From Adineta vaga (Eukaryota; Animalia; Rotifera): 64,000 nucleotides of DNA. Of the stretch, positions 25,583-37,499 are shown in pieces (the stretch's first letter is position 1; each line of letters starts with the position of its first letter). The stretch lies in NCBI GenBank assembly GCA_021613535.1, contig CP075496.1:10230001-10294000 (forward strand), in the 5' to 3' direction. A program made the translations under genes and the position numbers. The notes below the pieces were generated by a model. That model made no database searches and was not told the origin of the DNA. It saw only the letters and a program-made list of their open reading frames with translations.

Positions 25583-26423
25583 TGGAGTCGTGAAGTTGAA
25601 GTTAATTTACTGATTTGGTGTCGATGAATTATATGAGTATGCGATCATAGAACTGAAATTTTTAAACAAGGATTTTTAGAGAGTAGTTTTTCATTTTGTG
25701 GTATTTTGATTGTGTCAGTTGTAAACTTCATTTAATTTAAACATGTGCACATGATAAATTTGGAATTAAAATATAATGTTCGAACGATATAAATATAATT
25801 TGTTATTTATATCAATAGATGTGTATTTTCTCGAATTGCTTACCATAGAGAAGAGTTATGGTGACGGAATAACTGTGCTATATTAGATTAGTATTTATAT
25901 CAAATCATAAGTGAAAAACTTTCGAAGAAACTACAATAACATATATTCGATTGTTGCTGAGGAATCCGACTCCATATCAATCACGAAGAACGTTACAAGA
26001 ATTATTTGCAGTAACACTTTTGATGATATAAGCATCTTTTTACTTTATTTTATTCCAATAGTGTACGTAGTAGACGACTTTCTTCTATGTGAACACTGAC
26101 TAATTTATCTGAAACTTGTGCCAGTATGCTAAAATGATTCTCTCAGTTTCATTGAAATAGGATGTTCTTGACTTATCATATACGTATTCGCAAGAACAAC
26201 AACAACATAGTATTGCAATACGAAGAATCTTTTAAATATCATGAAATTTGTTCTTTTACAATATTTGAGAAAACGTAATTGTAGGAAGAAACCTGGCAAT
26301 GCAGACGGTGTTGTTTAGATTTTTCTTTTCTTTTTTTCCTACCACGCGGTAGTTGTTTTGTTACCTATGTAAAACAACACATAACAAACTAATTCAAGTT
26401 TTGAGTGTGATAGGAAAAAAGCT

Positions 26424-28250
26424 ATGGCTTCGAGTAATAATACAAAAAAACCATGCTGTAAATGCAGTAAAGGTGGTGCTACATTCACTTGCGATGGGTG
26501 TCGACTTTCATTCTGTTTGAAACATGCATCGGATCATCGACAAGAACTATCTCTACGGATGAATAATATTGGACAACAACATGACCTTCTGAAACAAAGT
26601 ATTGAACAAGACAGTCTCTACAAGACGCTACTACAAGATATTGATGAATGGGAGAAGGAGACTATCGAAAAGATACGAACCACTGCGAATATGGCTCGCG
26701 CGGATCTGAAACGGTTAGAAGCTCAATGTAAAACTGGCTTCAATGAGATTTTGAATGGATTGTCTGATGAATTTCGCTCACATCGCGAAAATGACGACTT
26801 CACAGAACAAGATCTTGATCGGTGGATGAAACAACTTGAAGAATTGCACCAAGAGGTAACAAATCCGACTACAATACACGTTGTTAAAGAACAATTATTA
26901 CCTATCTGTTCTGTAAGAAACAAAAAGACAGAAACGAGCAAGAACACAAATATCAATTTATTACCGCACTACTCCGCTTATCTCAGCATGATATTTGGTC
27001 TTAATGTCTCTACCACTACCAACAAACATATTCAGCGTCTATTCGACGAACTAATGTTACTTCCTATGATGGATAAAAATGGACCAATGAGTGGTAAATG
27101 TGAATTTGAAACTAATCAAATGGAACAGTTTCTCACGAACACATTTGGCTTTCAGAATATTCCAGGAAAATACATTGTTCAAGGTGTTCGTGCATTTCAA
27201 CTCGTAAGACCTCCTAAATCTTTGCCACATGACCACAAAATTCACTTTCCCTGCAAGTCAGAGAGTTCGTTCACAATGACTGTGAGAGAAATTCAAGAGT
27301 GGCAATCTACCTATCGTGTCTATGCAGACAAAGATATAGAAGGCATGGCGCATGACTTTCTGAAACAAGCGTTACAAGGTAAAAGTGGTGATGGTGAAGA
27401 GGCATTTCGAATGAAGTTTGTTGTTCGTATTTCAACATGTCCCATCTTGATGGAGTTCGATGGTAAAGTGATTCCTCGTAAGCTATCTGAAGATTGGCCT
27501 AATCGGATCAAACTTGTTTCAGTGACTGGTATTGATTTTGCTGGTCGAAAGCATGATGTTGATGATATTCTGTATTATATAAAAAACTGGGCAGATATAT
27601 TCGAAGTCGATCATACGCAAACGAAGCCGGCGTTACTGAATGAAAGAGATTTTGCTCGAAGGAGAGGTGCAGTAGTTGCAGAGCTAAATGAAGGTCGTCT
27701 TTTCACCGACCTGCGGTATATGGCCTCTCTCAGACTTCGTGCATGTGATGAAGAGGGTGTGCAGATTGTTGTGGAAACAGGTATCGGACTTGGTGTCTTT
27801 TCAGGCAGACATATTGGTATCGATGAAAGAGTACGTACAACTTCTGCGATCGCGATTCGTACTGTGCTTGAAGAAGAGGCAGCATCGTATAGGAACATTC
27901 GTGCTGTTGTATTTGCTTTACCTATATTTGAAAAAGGCACATCCGATGAACACATTCGTGATACTTACCATACATTTACTGAACAATTTGCTGAACCACA
28001 ATATAATGGTCGTATTCCAGTACTGATTGCCGATCAAGATATGCATCGATTGACTGTCGCTATTGCTCGTCAAGGTTTTATTGTATCAGAACTGAATCCA
28101 GCAGGTTCACATGGTGTCTTTAGTGAATATTGGCAAAACGGAGAACCCTCTCTGGAAGAAAAAGTCGCACTTACAACAGTTGGTTTACTTGTGCAACATC
28201 ATCTGATCAATCCAGAAGTATTGCATAAAGAGAATTATAACTTGATCTAA
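26424..28250 (+). CDS. B-box/coiled-coil + putative MavL-like macrodomain protein with altered active-site loop (copy 3)
   Basis: Intronless, 608 aa. CCKC-x8-CDGC-x4-C-x2-H-x3-H plus coiled coil. C-terminal domain nearly identical to copy 2, but the loop reads NPAGSHGVFSEYWQNGEPSLEE. Confidence 0.75.
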   Translation: MASSNNTKKPCCKCSKGGATFTCDGCRLSFCLKHASDHRQELSLRMNNIGQQHDLLKQSIEQDSLYKTLLQDIDEWEKETIEKIRTTANMARADLKRLEAQCKTGFNEILNGLSDEFRSHRENDDFTEQDLDRWMKQLEELHQEVTNPTTIHVVKEQLLPICSVRNKKTETSKNTNINLLPHYSAYLSMIFGLNVSTTTNKHIQRLFDELMLLPMMDKNGPMSGKCEFETNQMEQFLTNTFGFQNIPGKYIVQGVRAFQLVRPPKSLPHDHKIHFPCKSESSFTMTVREIQEWQSTYRVYADKDIEGMAHDFLKQALQGKSGDGEEAFRMKFVVRISTCPILMEFDGKVIPRKLSEDWPNRIKLVSVTGIDFAGRKHDVDDILYYIKNWADIFEVDHTQTKPALLNERDFARRRGAVVAELNEGRLFTDLRYMASLRLRACDEEGVQIVVETGIGLGVFSGRHIGIDERVRTTSAIAIRTVLEEEAASYRNIRAVVFALPIFEKGTSDEHIRDTYHTFTEQFAEPQYNGRIPVLIADQDMHRLTVAIARQGFIVSELNPAGSHGVFSEYWQNGEPSLEEKVALTTVGLLVQHHLINPEVLHKENYNLI

Positions 28251-28887
28251 GGAAGTCGAGAAATTCAACTTGATACACCAGTTTGGAATTATTCAATTAA
28301 TTTTAAAAGATTTAAAAATAAGGAAAAGGAGCATTTTTATATAGAACTGTAATACTTTTTAACATACATGTTTCAACGAACATACTATATATTCTGACGT
28401 ATCACGCGTGATATTATTTATAATTAGAACTTTTAGTCGTATTATATATTTATCTTTAGGTTGTATAGATACTCAAGTATTCAGACACAACTGTAATTAA
28501 ACATATTCAAACATATGAAAGTTATTAGACGAAGTGACCTAAGTTATATTTTAAAGCTTTCTACTAGATAATGATGTTGTTGTCGAACGTAGGATAAGTT
28601 GGAGAAATCCAACCACGTTTTTGTTCTTTGCTTTTTCTATCTAAATGAAAGTATGTGAGAAGAAAAAGAAAAATACAACACTCTTTTATGTGTTACGAAG
28701 AAAGAACAATACACAAGACAGTAAAAACAATTCCTTTTTTTTACAAATTTTATCATGGTATGGTATCCAAATTGTTATTGCTATGAACTATAAATCAATC
28801 TTTTCCTAGTTCAAAAACATTTTAGCCAATTTTAGTAATAAATCATCTGAAGCTACAACTCTGAATAATCCATCAGAGCATTCAATA

Positions 28888-29331
28888 GAACGGCAAGGTA
28901 TTTGTGCGATATGTATACTGAACCAAATTTGACTTTGATAAAACTTTCAAAAAATTGACAACATTAAGCAAGTTGTTGCATTCCATGTCATACACAACAT
29001 TATCTAGTAGCATAGTTCCAAAGGTATTCATCGATTTTAATGTCCTATGCCCACATGTCATGTTGAATTAGAACATTCTGATTATTCTCATTTACTCGAT
29101 ACTCGATTGAATGACATAGTAGGTACATTTCAATTAAATCGATATCTTGAATCAAACGAAGAGTTTCGTTGGTGTAAATCTAGCAAAGGCTGTGTAGCAG
29201 GACAACTTGTATCGAATCATAAAGAGCTATTTGGATATGAATCAACTTTTTATACTGGTTATTGTACTTTTTTTCATCTATATATTAGACATTGTAATAA
29301 AAGTTGTGAATATGCTTCATTAAATAATTAA
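28888..29331 (+). pseudogene. Decayed RBR (RING-IBR) E3 ubiquitin ligase
   Basis: Broken RING1 (GICAIC...LSKN*QH*ASCCIPC...RF*CPMPTC) with stops and frameshifts, followed by the start of an IBR domain (YLESNEEFRWCKSSKGCVAGQ). Confidence 0.75.
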
Positions 29332-29902
29332 ATATATAAATACGGTAAAATTCAAATGATGTCGACTAGCGACATCTATGCTAGTTTATACTCATAAAAG
29401 TGTTTTGAAGATATTTTTAGAGGGCGCCGTTGAAGATAGATTTTGTTCATCTAAAATAATATTGTTTTTATTTCAGATTGATATAATTTTTGAAAACAGA
29501 TGTCTAACCAATTACTAATAAATTTACGAATCATATCATTATGATTTTGCGAGTCTCAGATAAATACATGATTGGTTCTGTTCTGTTCTAGGGTACTTTA
29601 TTACTCTCCAGACTCATCTTATTATATTCCATTCAAAGATCAAAAACAAACAACACAATGTATCCAAGTGATGAATCTTATTGATTCTATTTGATAGGAA
29701 CAAATGACCTATGCATTGTTTGACAACAGCAAGATAAGAAAAAATATTTTCTCCTTAGTGATAGAACGACTAACCAATCCTTATTGATTAAGTTTTATGT
29801 ATCTATATAAATTATTTTTCGTGTTATCTTGAACTTTTTATCATTGAATATAACACTTTTTGTTTCTTAATTAATGATGTTTTGTTTTTCAGACCGGTAG
29901 AA

Positions 29903-32520
29903 ATGAGCCTTGGCGGTGGCGATCTACGAATCATCTTAAGACGCATACGTCATGGTAAACTATTCAGCATTTCTTTATGACTGAAATATATTTATTATTA
30001 TCTTTCAAAAGGTTTTATAATCTGTGATGATACAGAATTATGCGATAAAATTATTAGTCAAGATGTTGATATCGAACAACGACGAAGAAATTTAGCTAAA
30101 TCGTTAGTTTTATAGAAAAAAAAAAGTATTATTTTCTTCTATTTTATTTTCGTATTTTCAAAGGAAAAACATCGATATTGAAAAGACTGATTTATTAACA
30201 TTACTTCGAACTGAACCAGAATTTGTTCTCGATGAATTATCTCATTCACCCGAATGGACAGCAACTAATGTTCAAGGTATGTCTATGTCATCGTTTCCCC
30301 TATACACATGTCTAGAACAACCGTGAGATAATTACTCCCAGCTCTATTTTTCTTTGATCAGTCTAATCTATTTTAAAGATTATCCAGCAGATGAATATAT
30401 TGATCATCGTAAGCTTTTTATTTCATTTATTATTTCTAAGCTGCTCAAACATTATTTAATGAAACCATCAATGCTTCGTTAGCCGAACTATTAAAATTGA
30501 CTTCCAATGTCGCTTACTAAAATCTTGCACAATAGTTTATCTTTCATTCAAAATCAAGTGAAAGATATTTGTTGAGAAATACAATATATATCTTGTTACA
30601 TAGGAATAAAATATGCAGAATTAATAGCAAGTTATTGTAAGAGACTTTTTTTGCACTTGCTATCACATTGCATGTTATCAATACTGCACCCTTTATTTCT
30701 GCAACATTTTGTTCAATTTATGATAATATATAAATGAAGTTCAATACCACTGAGAATAATCTTTGACGATATTATTTCTATCACTTTTTCTATTATGAAT
30801 TTTGTACACAAAAGCAATTCGAAGAGATTTTTTTACTTACGCTTAAAAGATCTATAAAAATCCAAGATATTCATCCATTCATTCATTCATTCATTCATTC
30901 ATTCTTCGATGTAATTGCATGCAGACCAATGAGCAATCAATCAATCAAAGCTTTCTTCTCCAGAATAAATCTTATCTATATTGAAAATGTATTATGAAAA
31001 TTTCTTTTGATTTTTTTCAGTTCGACGAGTTCGCTGTGAAACATTGGGTCGACTCGATGAAATTAAAACAGAAAATGAGGCAAAAAGAAAAGTTCAAGTA
31101 ATTTCATGGCAAGATCCATCACAAGCTCAAAGTAATTGACAAGAAAAGAATAGAGATAAGAAACATATTGTCATATTTTCATAGATGCAGATGAATCAAT
31201 GCATTCCAGTGATGATGATGATGAAACTTGTTCGTCAACTCTATTTCAACGTCGTACAGAACCACTTCTACCTCTTACATTACCATCACCTCTAACAGCT
31301 CTTCTTCAATCTGCAAATACTAAACAAAATCCATTTGCACAATATGCCAAATTTGATGGAACAGTAAGTTAATAAGCAATGATTTCATTCTCAAAAGGAC
31401 TTATTCTTTTTCTATTTAAGCCAAATATCAGTTCAAATCAATCAAAGAAATTTTTTGTTCATTTACAATCTCTAAAACAAAAATTACAAATTATTGTTTC
31501 TTCTCATGCTTCCGTCGAAGAAACTATTGGTTTTATTTGTTATAAATACACCATTGAAAATCGCGAACCAGTTCTAACGTAAATTAGTTTTTATCAAATT
31601 TTGATTCCTTTTTCTTTTCCTTTTTCTTTTCTATAGTCAGAAAGATCCGTCCAAATATTCACTCTATATTGCTGATGACGATGGACAAGCAGAAGATGAT
31701 TTACCAACACTCGCACATGGACGACCAATTGGTGAATATGAATTTCCCCATCTAGCATTAATTGAACAACAAATATCAACAACTTCAAAATTATCTAATG
31801 AAAATGAATATATCAGTGATGAAGATGATATCAGCGGATCATGCGATGATTCTTCTCAATCAATAACACCACCACCCAGTGAACCTCGACGTTCAATTTG
31901 TTCAAGTGGTAAACCTTCTTCAATTATACCTGTGTATGATAGTCAATTAGAATTGGATCCAATTAACAATTTAAATCGTTTATACGAAAGTCTTAATCAA
32001 AAATCGTATCAGTTTGATTATTATATTAAATCTGGTAGTAATAAACATGCTAAAGTTCGTATTGATGTATCCGGTGAACAGATACGTATTGAATTATTAG
32101 AAAAAACAAGTCGTCTATCATGGCAAAATACGCTTTTAACTACACAACGTTTAACTGATTGTAGCTTATCAAATAAAGACACCGGTAAAAAACGAGGTTA
32201 GTACTAAGATCTATTCGTATTTTTTTCTTTATATTTGAATTTTTCTTCATAGATCGTACACGTATTTATCTTATTTTTGAAAGTCAACAAGAATCGGATG
32301 GTTCACGTACATTTCAAACATATGAATTTGAATCGACCATTGAATTAGCGGAACAATTTCGTGATCAAATACTTAATATAATTCAATTGAAAATCCCCAA
32401 GGTCGAGATACCTATGAAGAACAACAACAATTACGACGAGATAATACCAAAAAACGACGTTCGATTTTCAATATTATTGGAGCAGGTATTGGAAATAGTG
32501 GCTCATCAACCAAATCTTAG
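29903..32520 (+). CDS. MAPKAP1: TORC2 subunit SIN1 (multi-exon, apparent frameshift near the 3' end)
   Basis: ILRRIRHGFIICDDTELCDKI; RRVRCETLGRLDEIK...ISWQD; NPFAQYAKFDGT; VEETIGFICYKY...YSLYIADDDGQAEDDLP (CRIM); PH-like C-terminus (YEFES). Includes a symmetric 30-nt exon at 30379-30408. Confidence 0.9.
30877..30904. repeat. (ATTC)7 microsatellite in a SIN1 intron
   Basis: Seen directly. Confidence 0.9.
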
Positions 32521-32881
32521 TTTATGTATTTTTCTTTTTCTCGAGTTTGTTTTTTTTCTATATGTAACAGTAAATAAAACGAAAGCAGTCAATTTTTATG
32601 AAAGAAATTGAAAACAAAATCTATCTTTAGCTGCATTATGACATTTCAATAATCGTAACCTTTACCTAATTAAATATCATTTCTTTACTACATAATTCGT
32701 GACAAAAGTAGTTATTCATCTAATATATGTTTGTTTTCTTAGGTCGTATAAAAAAATAATTTTCTAAAGAGAGAAAGAAAATGTACGAGACAATCGAACG
32801 CTGTTTTCTAAACACGCACAGACAAATATTGAGAGAAAATGTAAACAGATATCGATGATCAAAGATTTGAAAAAGAGAAGA

Positions 32882-35800
32882 TTATTTTTCTTTATTTAAT
32901 GCTTCAATAAATTCTTCTAATTTTTCTTGAACTTGTCGAACACGTTCTGAACAAAAACAAAAAATAAATAATTTTCGTTCTGAAATTTAGAAAAAAAAGA
33001 AAACAAGATCTTACTTAATCCTTCAGCTAGATCAACACGTTTTCCTTTGAGAAGATCGGCTTTAAGTGTTTCATCACTACTAAAATCATCTAAAACTTCT
33101 TTTACTTCTCGTTCTAATCGACGAGCTAAATCAATAGAATAAAACTGTATTCTAACAAAAATCTGAATGCAAAAAGATTTACTTTCAATATTTGATATTT
33201 GTTGTCGAATAGCATTACTTGTTATATCAATCATACGTTTCAAACGCCAGAAAAAGACGATTTCACGACAATCAAGCTAGACAAAACAATAATAAAGAAT
33301 TCTAAGAAATAATAACAGTTCATTAACATACACCCTGATCAGCAAAACCTTTTTGATAATAATAAAAAAATCGACGACATTCAAGACATGTGGTTAAATT
33401 TCGTTTGAGAAATTGAATTTTATATACACGTTGCCATAGATCATTTATCTAATAAAAAAAAACATATATCATTGAAAATATGACAAATAAAGACATAACA
33501 TACAAAAGCATTTGATACATCAATCTTTTGTGTTTGTAGATTTTTCTTGACTGCAGTCAATTCATCATAATCAAGAACAGATCGAACCTTAACAAACAAT
33601 ACATATTATTCTAACCGTTAGAATATTCTTTATAATAAAACTTACTGCATGATTAGTTTTTGTTGTTTTATCTAATTGTTGTCGACTAAGTAGAACTTTA
33701 TCTAATTCTTTTACACATTGTTGTCGATTTTTTTCTTCAATTGTTGTACCTTGAAAACTAACCAATTTACGCCATGTACTTGGATTAGTTTGAGAAGTTA
33801 ATTCGGATTTTTGATATTCTAATTCTTTTCGAAGGATATTTTCCATAAATTTCGCTGCTGTTTCCCATTGTTGTTTATCAGGAACATTTCGATCTTGTAA
33901 GGCTTGAGTTTGAATTACTCTCTACAAGAAAAACTAATTAATACAAAATAAGTGAGAAAACGTTGATTCATACTAGAGAATCTAATGCTTTAGTATCCCA
34001 TTGATGTCTTGTACGGCATGCTTCAACAACTTGCATTTTTAAATCATTTGTAATTGGATCATGTGATCGACTTTTTTGTTCACGTTCAATTAAACTTTGA
34101 AATTCATCAAGTAATACTTGATGACCAATATCAACACATTGTCGTGGTAATTCTTTTTCAGCCCATTGTTGTAATTTAACATCAACTGTTGTATTAAATC
34201 CACTAAATAAATAAAGAATAGAGATTATCTGAAAGTTATCTTTGTAAGCATCTCTACCCAATTGAATCTGCTTGTGCAGCTGTTAGAAATACATCATCAA
34301 AAATAAAATTTGACATACGTGACCAAATATAATTCGATAAATTATCTTCCCTGAAATGAGAAAAATACATGATGATATGATTATGAAAAGAAGAATATAT
34401 ATATATAGGTACCATTGTTGACTAGGTATTAAACTAAGATTAACAACTTCATCGAGAATTTCACCACGAGCTTTTTCAAATAATTCATCCTATAAAATGA
34501 CAATTGGACTATAAGAAACTATCATTTCATTTCTACAAACTCGATCTTGTTCACGAAGTTTAGTAAAACTATTTTTCCATTCAGTTTCTAAATTAAATTT
34601 CAAAGCTTTAAATGTATCAGCTTGTTGTTCAACACTTTCTTTAACCATTTTCCAAAAACAATCACTAACAGCGTAACTTAAATTACGTGTTGTGGTCTGA
34701 TTCGCTTTGAAAATACCATCACTATGTAAAAATATCCAATAGAGGAACAAAATATTGAAAAGAAAAGATAATTTATACCGAAATAATTTTGAGTCTCGAA
34801 AAAAATCTTCTTCATATTTTTGGATGAGATCAATAGGATCATCGGCATTTCCTATAAAGATAAACAAATTGAATTATTAAAAATCTCAATTCGAATTCAT
34901 ATAATGTTTTTCGATAACTAACCTTTACCAGTAACTACTGCAAAATAGCCTAAAGCTTTCATTGCAAATAATTTTCCTTCAAGAATTTTTTTGATCTAAA
35001 CAAGATAGAATACGATACATATATGAGAATTCTTGATCATCTCTGTTTACTTACTCGACCAGTATCGTGTAAATTTGCTTCAGCCATATCTACTTTTGTT
35101 AGAACAAATATAGTACGTTTACCATGTGGATCCATTTTTGATACAAGATCAGTCACATTACTACGTTCAGCATCAACACTTCCGTCTAAAGTTACATAAT
35201 ATTTCTATCTTTCTCGTAAATATTGAATATCTACCTTGAATACAAAGAATAATTGCATTCGGATTTGACATGTAACTATTAGCAAGACGAGTTATTGAAC
35301 TTTTTGTATCTGATGCCATACCAAGTGTTTCCGTCTACGAAGAAACAAACAATACATTTTCATCACTAAAAAATTCTTTCATCAACTTACACTTATGATT
35401 CCAGGTAAATCGACTAGTACCATACGTTGTAGACCGGGACCTTTGACTGACAATGAAATGACCTAAAAGAAAATATATTCTATTCTATATTTATATGTAA
35501 TTTAAACGAACTTCACTACTGATCGTTTGTCCATCTTTGACTGACGCACGCATTCGAAGTTCAATCTCATTTCGTAGAGCAGCTAACTACATAGAAAATG
35601 AATCAATGTTAAATTCTATTAAACAATGTCTTCCATACATCTGCTTCTTTGGTTAGATCATATTCTTTTGGACTATCCTTAAATATTGCAACATGATAAG
35701 GACCTTCGCTTAAAGTCACTTTCACTGGACTACGTGTCATCATTTCACCAGCACCTCTAAACATATCCAATAAAAAAAACATAAAAGAATTCTCATACAC

Positions 35801-36898
35801 ATTGTAAAAAGTATATCAACAAACCGAGGAAATATACGTGCTTGTGTAATCATTTCTAATACACTTGTTTTACCTGAACTTTGATCACCAATAACCACAA
35901 CCTAAATACGAAAAATATAATTTGAATCATTTTAATTTTCATAGAAATTTGCAATCTGTACTCGTGGTAGATGATCTTGAATATTATAATTAGTATCATA
36001 ATCATTTAATTCATCTAAAACTTCACTGTACATATCGATCAAAGATTTCTAAAAAAGAAAAAGAAAAACGAATATAAATATTGAATTTGAATGAAAACAA
36101 ACCTTAATTTTGCGTTGTTTTTTTCCACTTTGATTTCTTTCTTGTCTTAGTAAAATTTGTTTCTTCATAGCTTTTATTTCTTTTTCTAATCGATCGATTT
36201 CACGTTGATATTTTATTTGTATACTCATCATTTCTTGATGAATTCTTTCTTGACGTTCATGTTCTTGTAATTGACTTGCCTAAAGATAACATCAAATTTA
36301 GAATTAAAAGAATATCGATACAAACTTTATTCGATTTCTCTTGCTCTTCACTTGATAATTGAACATTTTTATACGATTTTGTCCATGCAAAAAGGCCATC
36401 TAAAGAAATTGAAATAGATTACATAAGATAAACGATTATTTATTACCTGATGGTTTTTCTGCATTTCCATCGATATTTTGATCTTCCGATGCATCTTCTG
36501 ATGATGTGGAAAGAAAATTTGAAAATCTGTCTTGTAATTGTCTAACTTGATCTTGTAAATTAGTCTAGAGAAAAACAGAAAGAATCTTTTATTTCTAAAG
36601 TAATGAATATAAATTTCTATATATATATACTGTATCAGGTAATGAAACTGAATTAGCTAAATCAGACAAATGTTTGCTAAGAGCATTGACAGATTCTTCT
36701 GGCATGTATTCTTTCATCCATGAAATATCAGGTAATGCATCTTGTATTTCTTTATATTTCTAGAAAAATAGAAAATTATGATGAATATTTCAAATGAACA
36801 TAGAATTTTGCTAGTACTTTGCGAGCAGCAATACCCCCACCAACGGCTGTACCAAGAACTAAATAACGAAGACGAAGAAGACGAAGTAAAAATGCCAT
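32882..36898 (-). CDS. OPA1: Mitochondrial dynamin-like GTPase OPA1 (many exons; 5' end uncertain)
   Basis: [16 protein letters not shown]; [22 protein letters not shown]; [24 protein letters not shown]; VDLPG; [10 protein letters not shown]; [18 protein letters not shown]; [34 protein letters not shown]. Confidence 0.96.
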
Positions 36899-37499
36899 TT
36901 TCAAAGACTAAATAAGGAAGATGAAGTTTGAGCGAATTAATTTGATCAGAATCAGAAAACGAGACATTGCACTAGAAAAGAATCTTATTGAATCTTTCTT
37001 CAGAACCAATTAGGTTATTGATGAGAACGTACGTACATGACAAATATTCTTAGAAGGACATCTATCGTTACTATCAAACTGTACTCGAACATGTTCGAAA
37101 TACAAGATCGACTTTTACATACGCAAACTTTGTTTTAAATTTAAGTTAAAGATCAAATCATATAATAGTCTTTTTTTTCTGAAAATGGTTTCTCATGCCA
37201 ACATGTTCAGCATATGGTATATTGAATTTTTTTAAACATGATATTGATTTTCGTATCAAAAGAAATGTGTTAGTCTAACTATGTAAATAGATGACATAGT
37301 TTGTTTGCTTCGATGATAAGCAGTTGAACAAGAAGAGAGAAAAGAGATAAGAAAAATATATATCTATACGATGATGTTTATTTGACATTTGAAGAAAAGA
37401 AAGAAAACGTCGATTTTGACTGCGAATAATATAATATTAGGGACAACTTCTTTCGTATTTATTTTATAATTTAAGAGTAAGTTTTACATCAGTTAATAG

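Noticed and set aside
21555-27955. Repeated antisense/alternative-frame ORFs (e.g. 21641-21946, 25057-25287, 27611-27955)
   Set aside because: Shadows of the real paralogous CDSs; they recur only because the sense genes are similar.
30440-30560. Protein-like stretch in the long SIN1 intron (AQTLFNETINASLAELLKL)
   Set aside because: Short and stop-interrupted; no family could be supported.
32385-32400. Programmed -1 ribosomal frameshift in SIN1
   Set aside because: No X XXY YYZ slippery heptamer in frame; a homopolymer indel is simpler.
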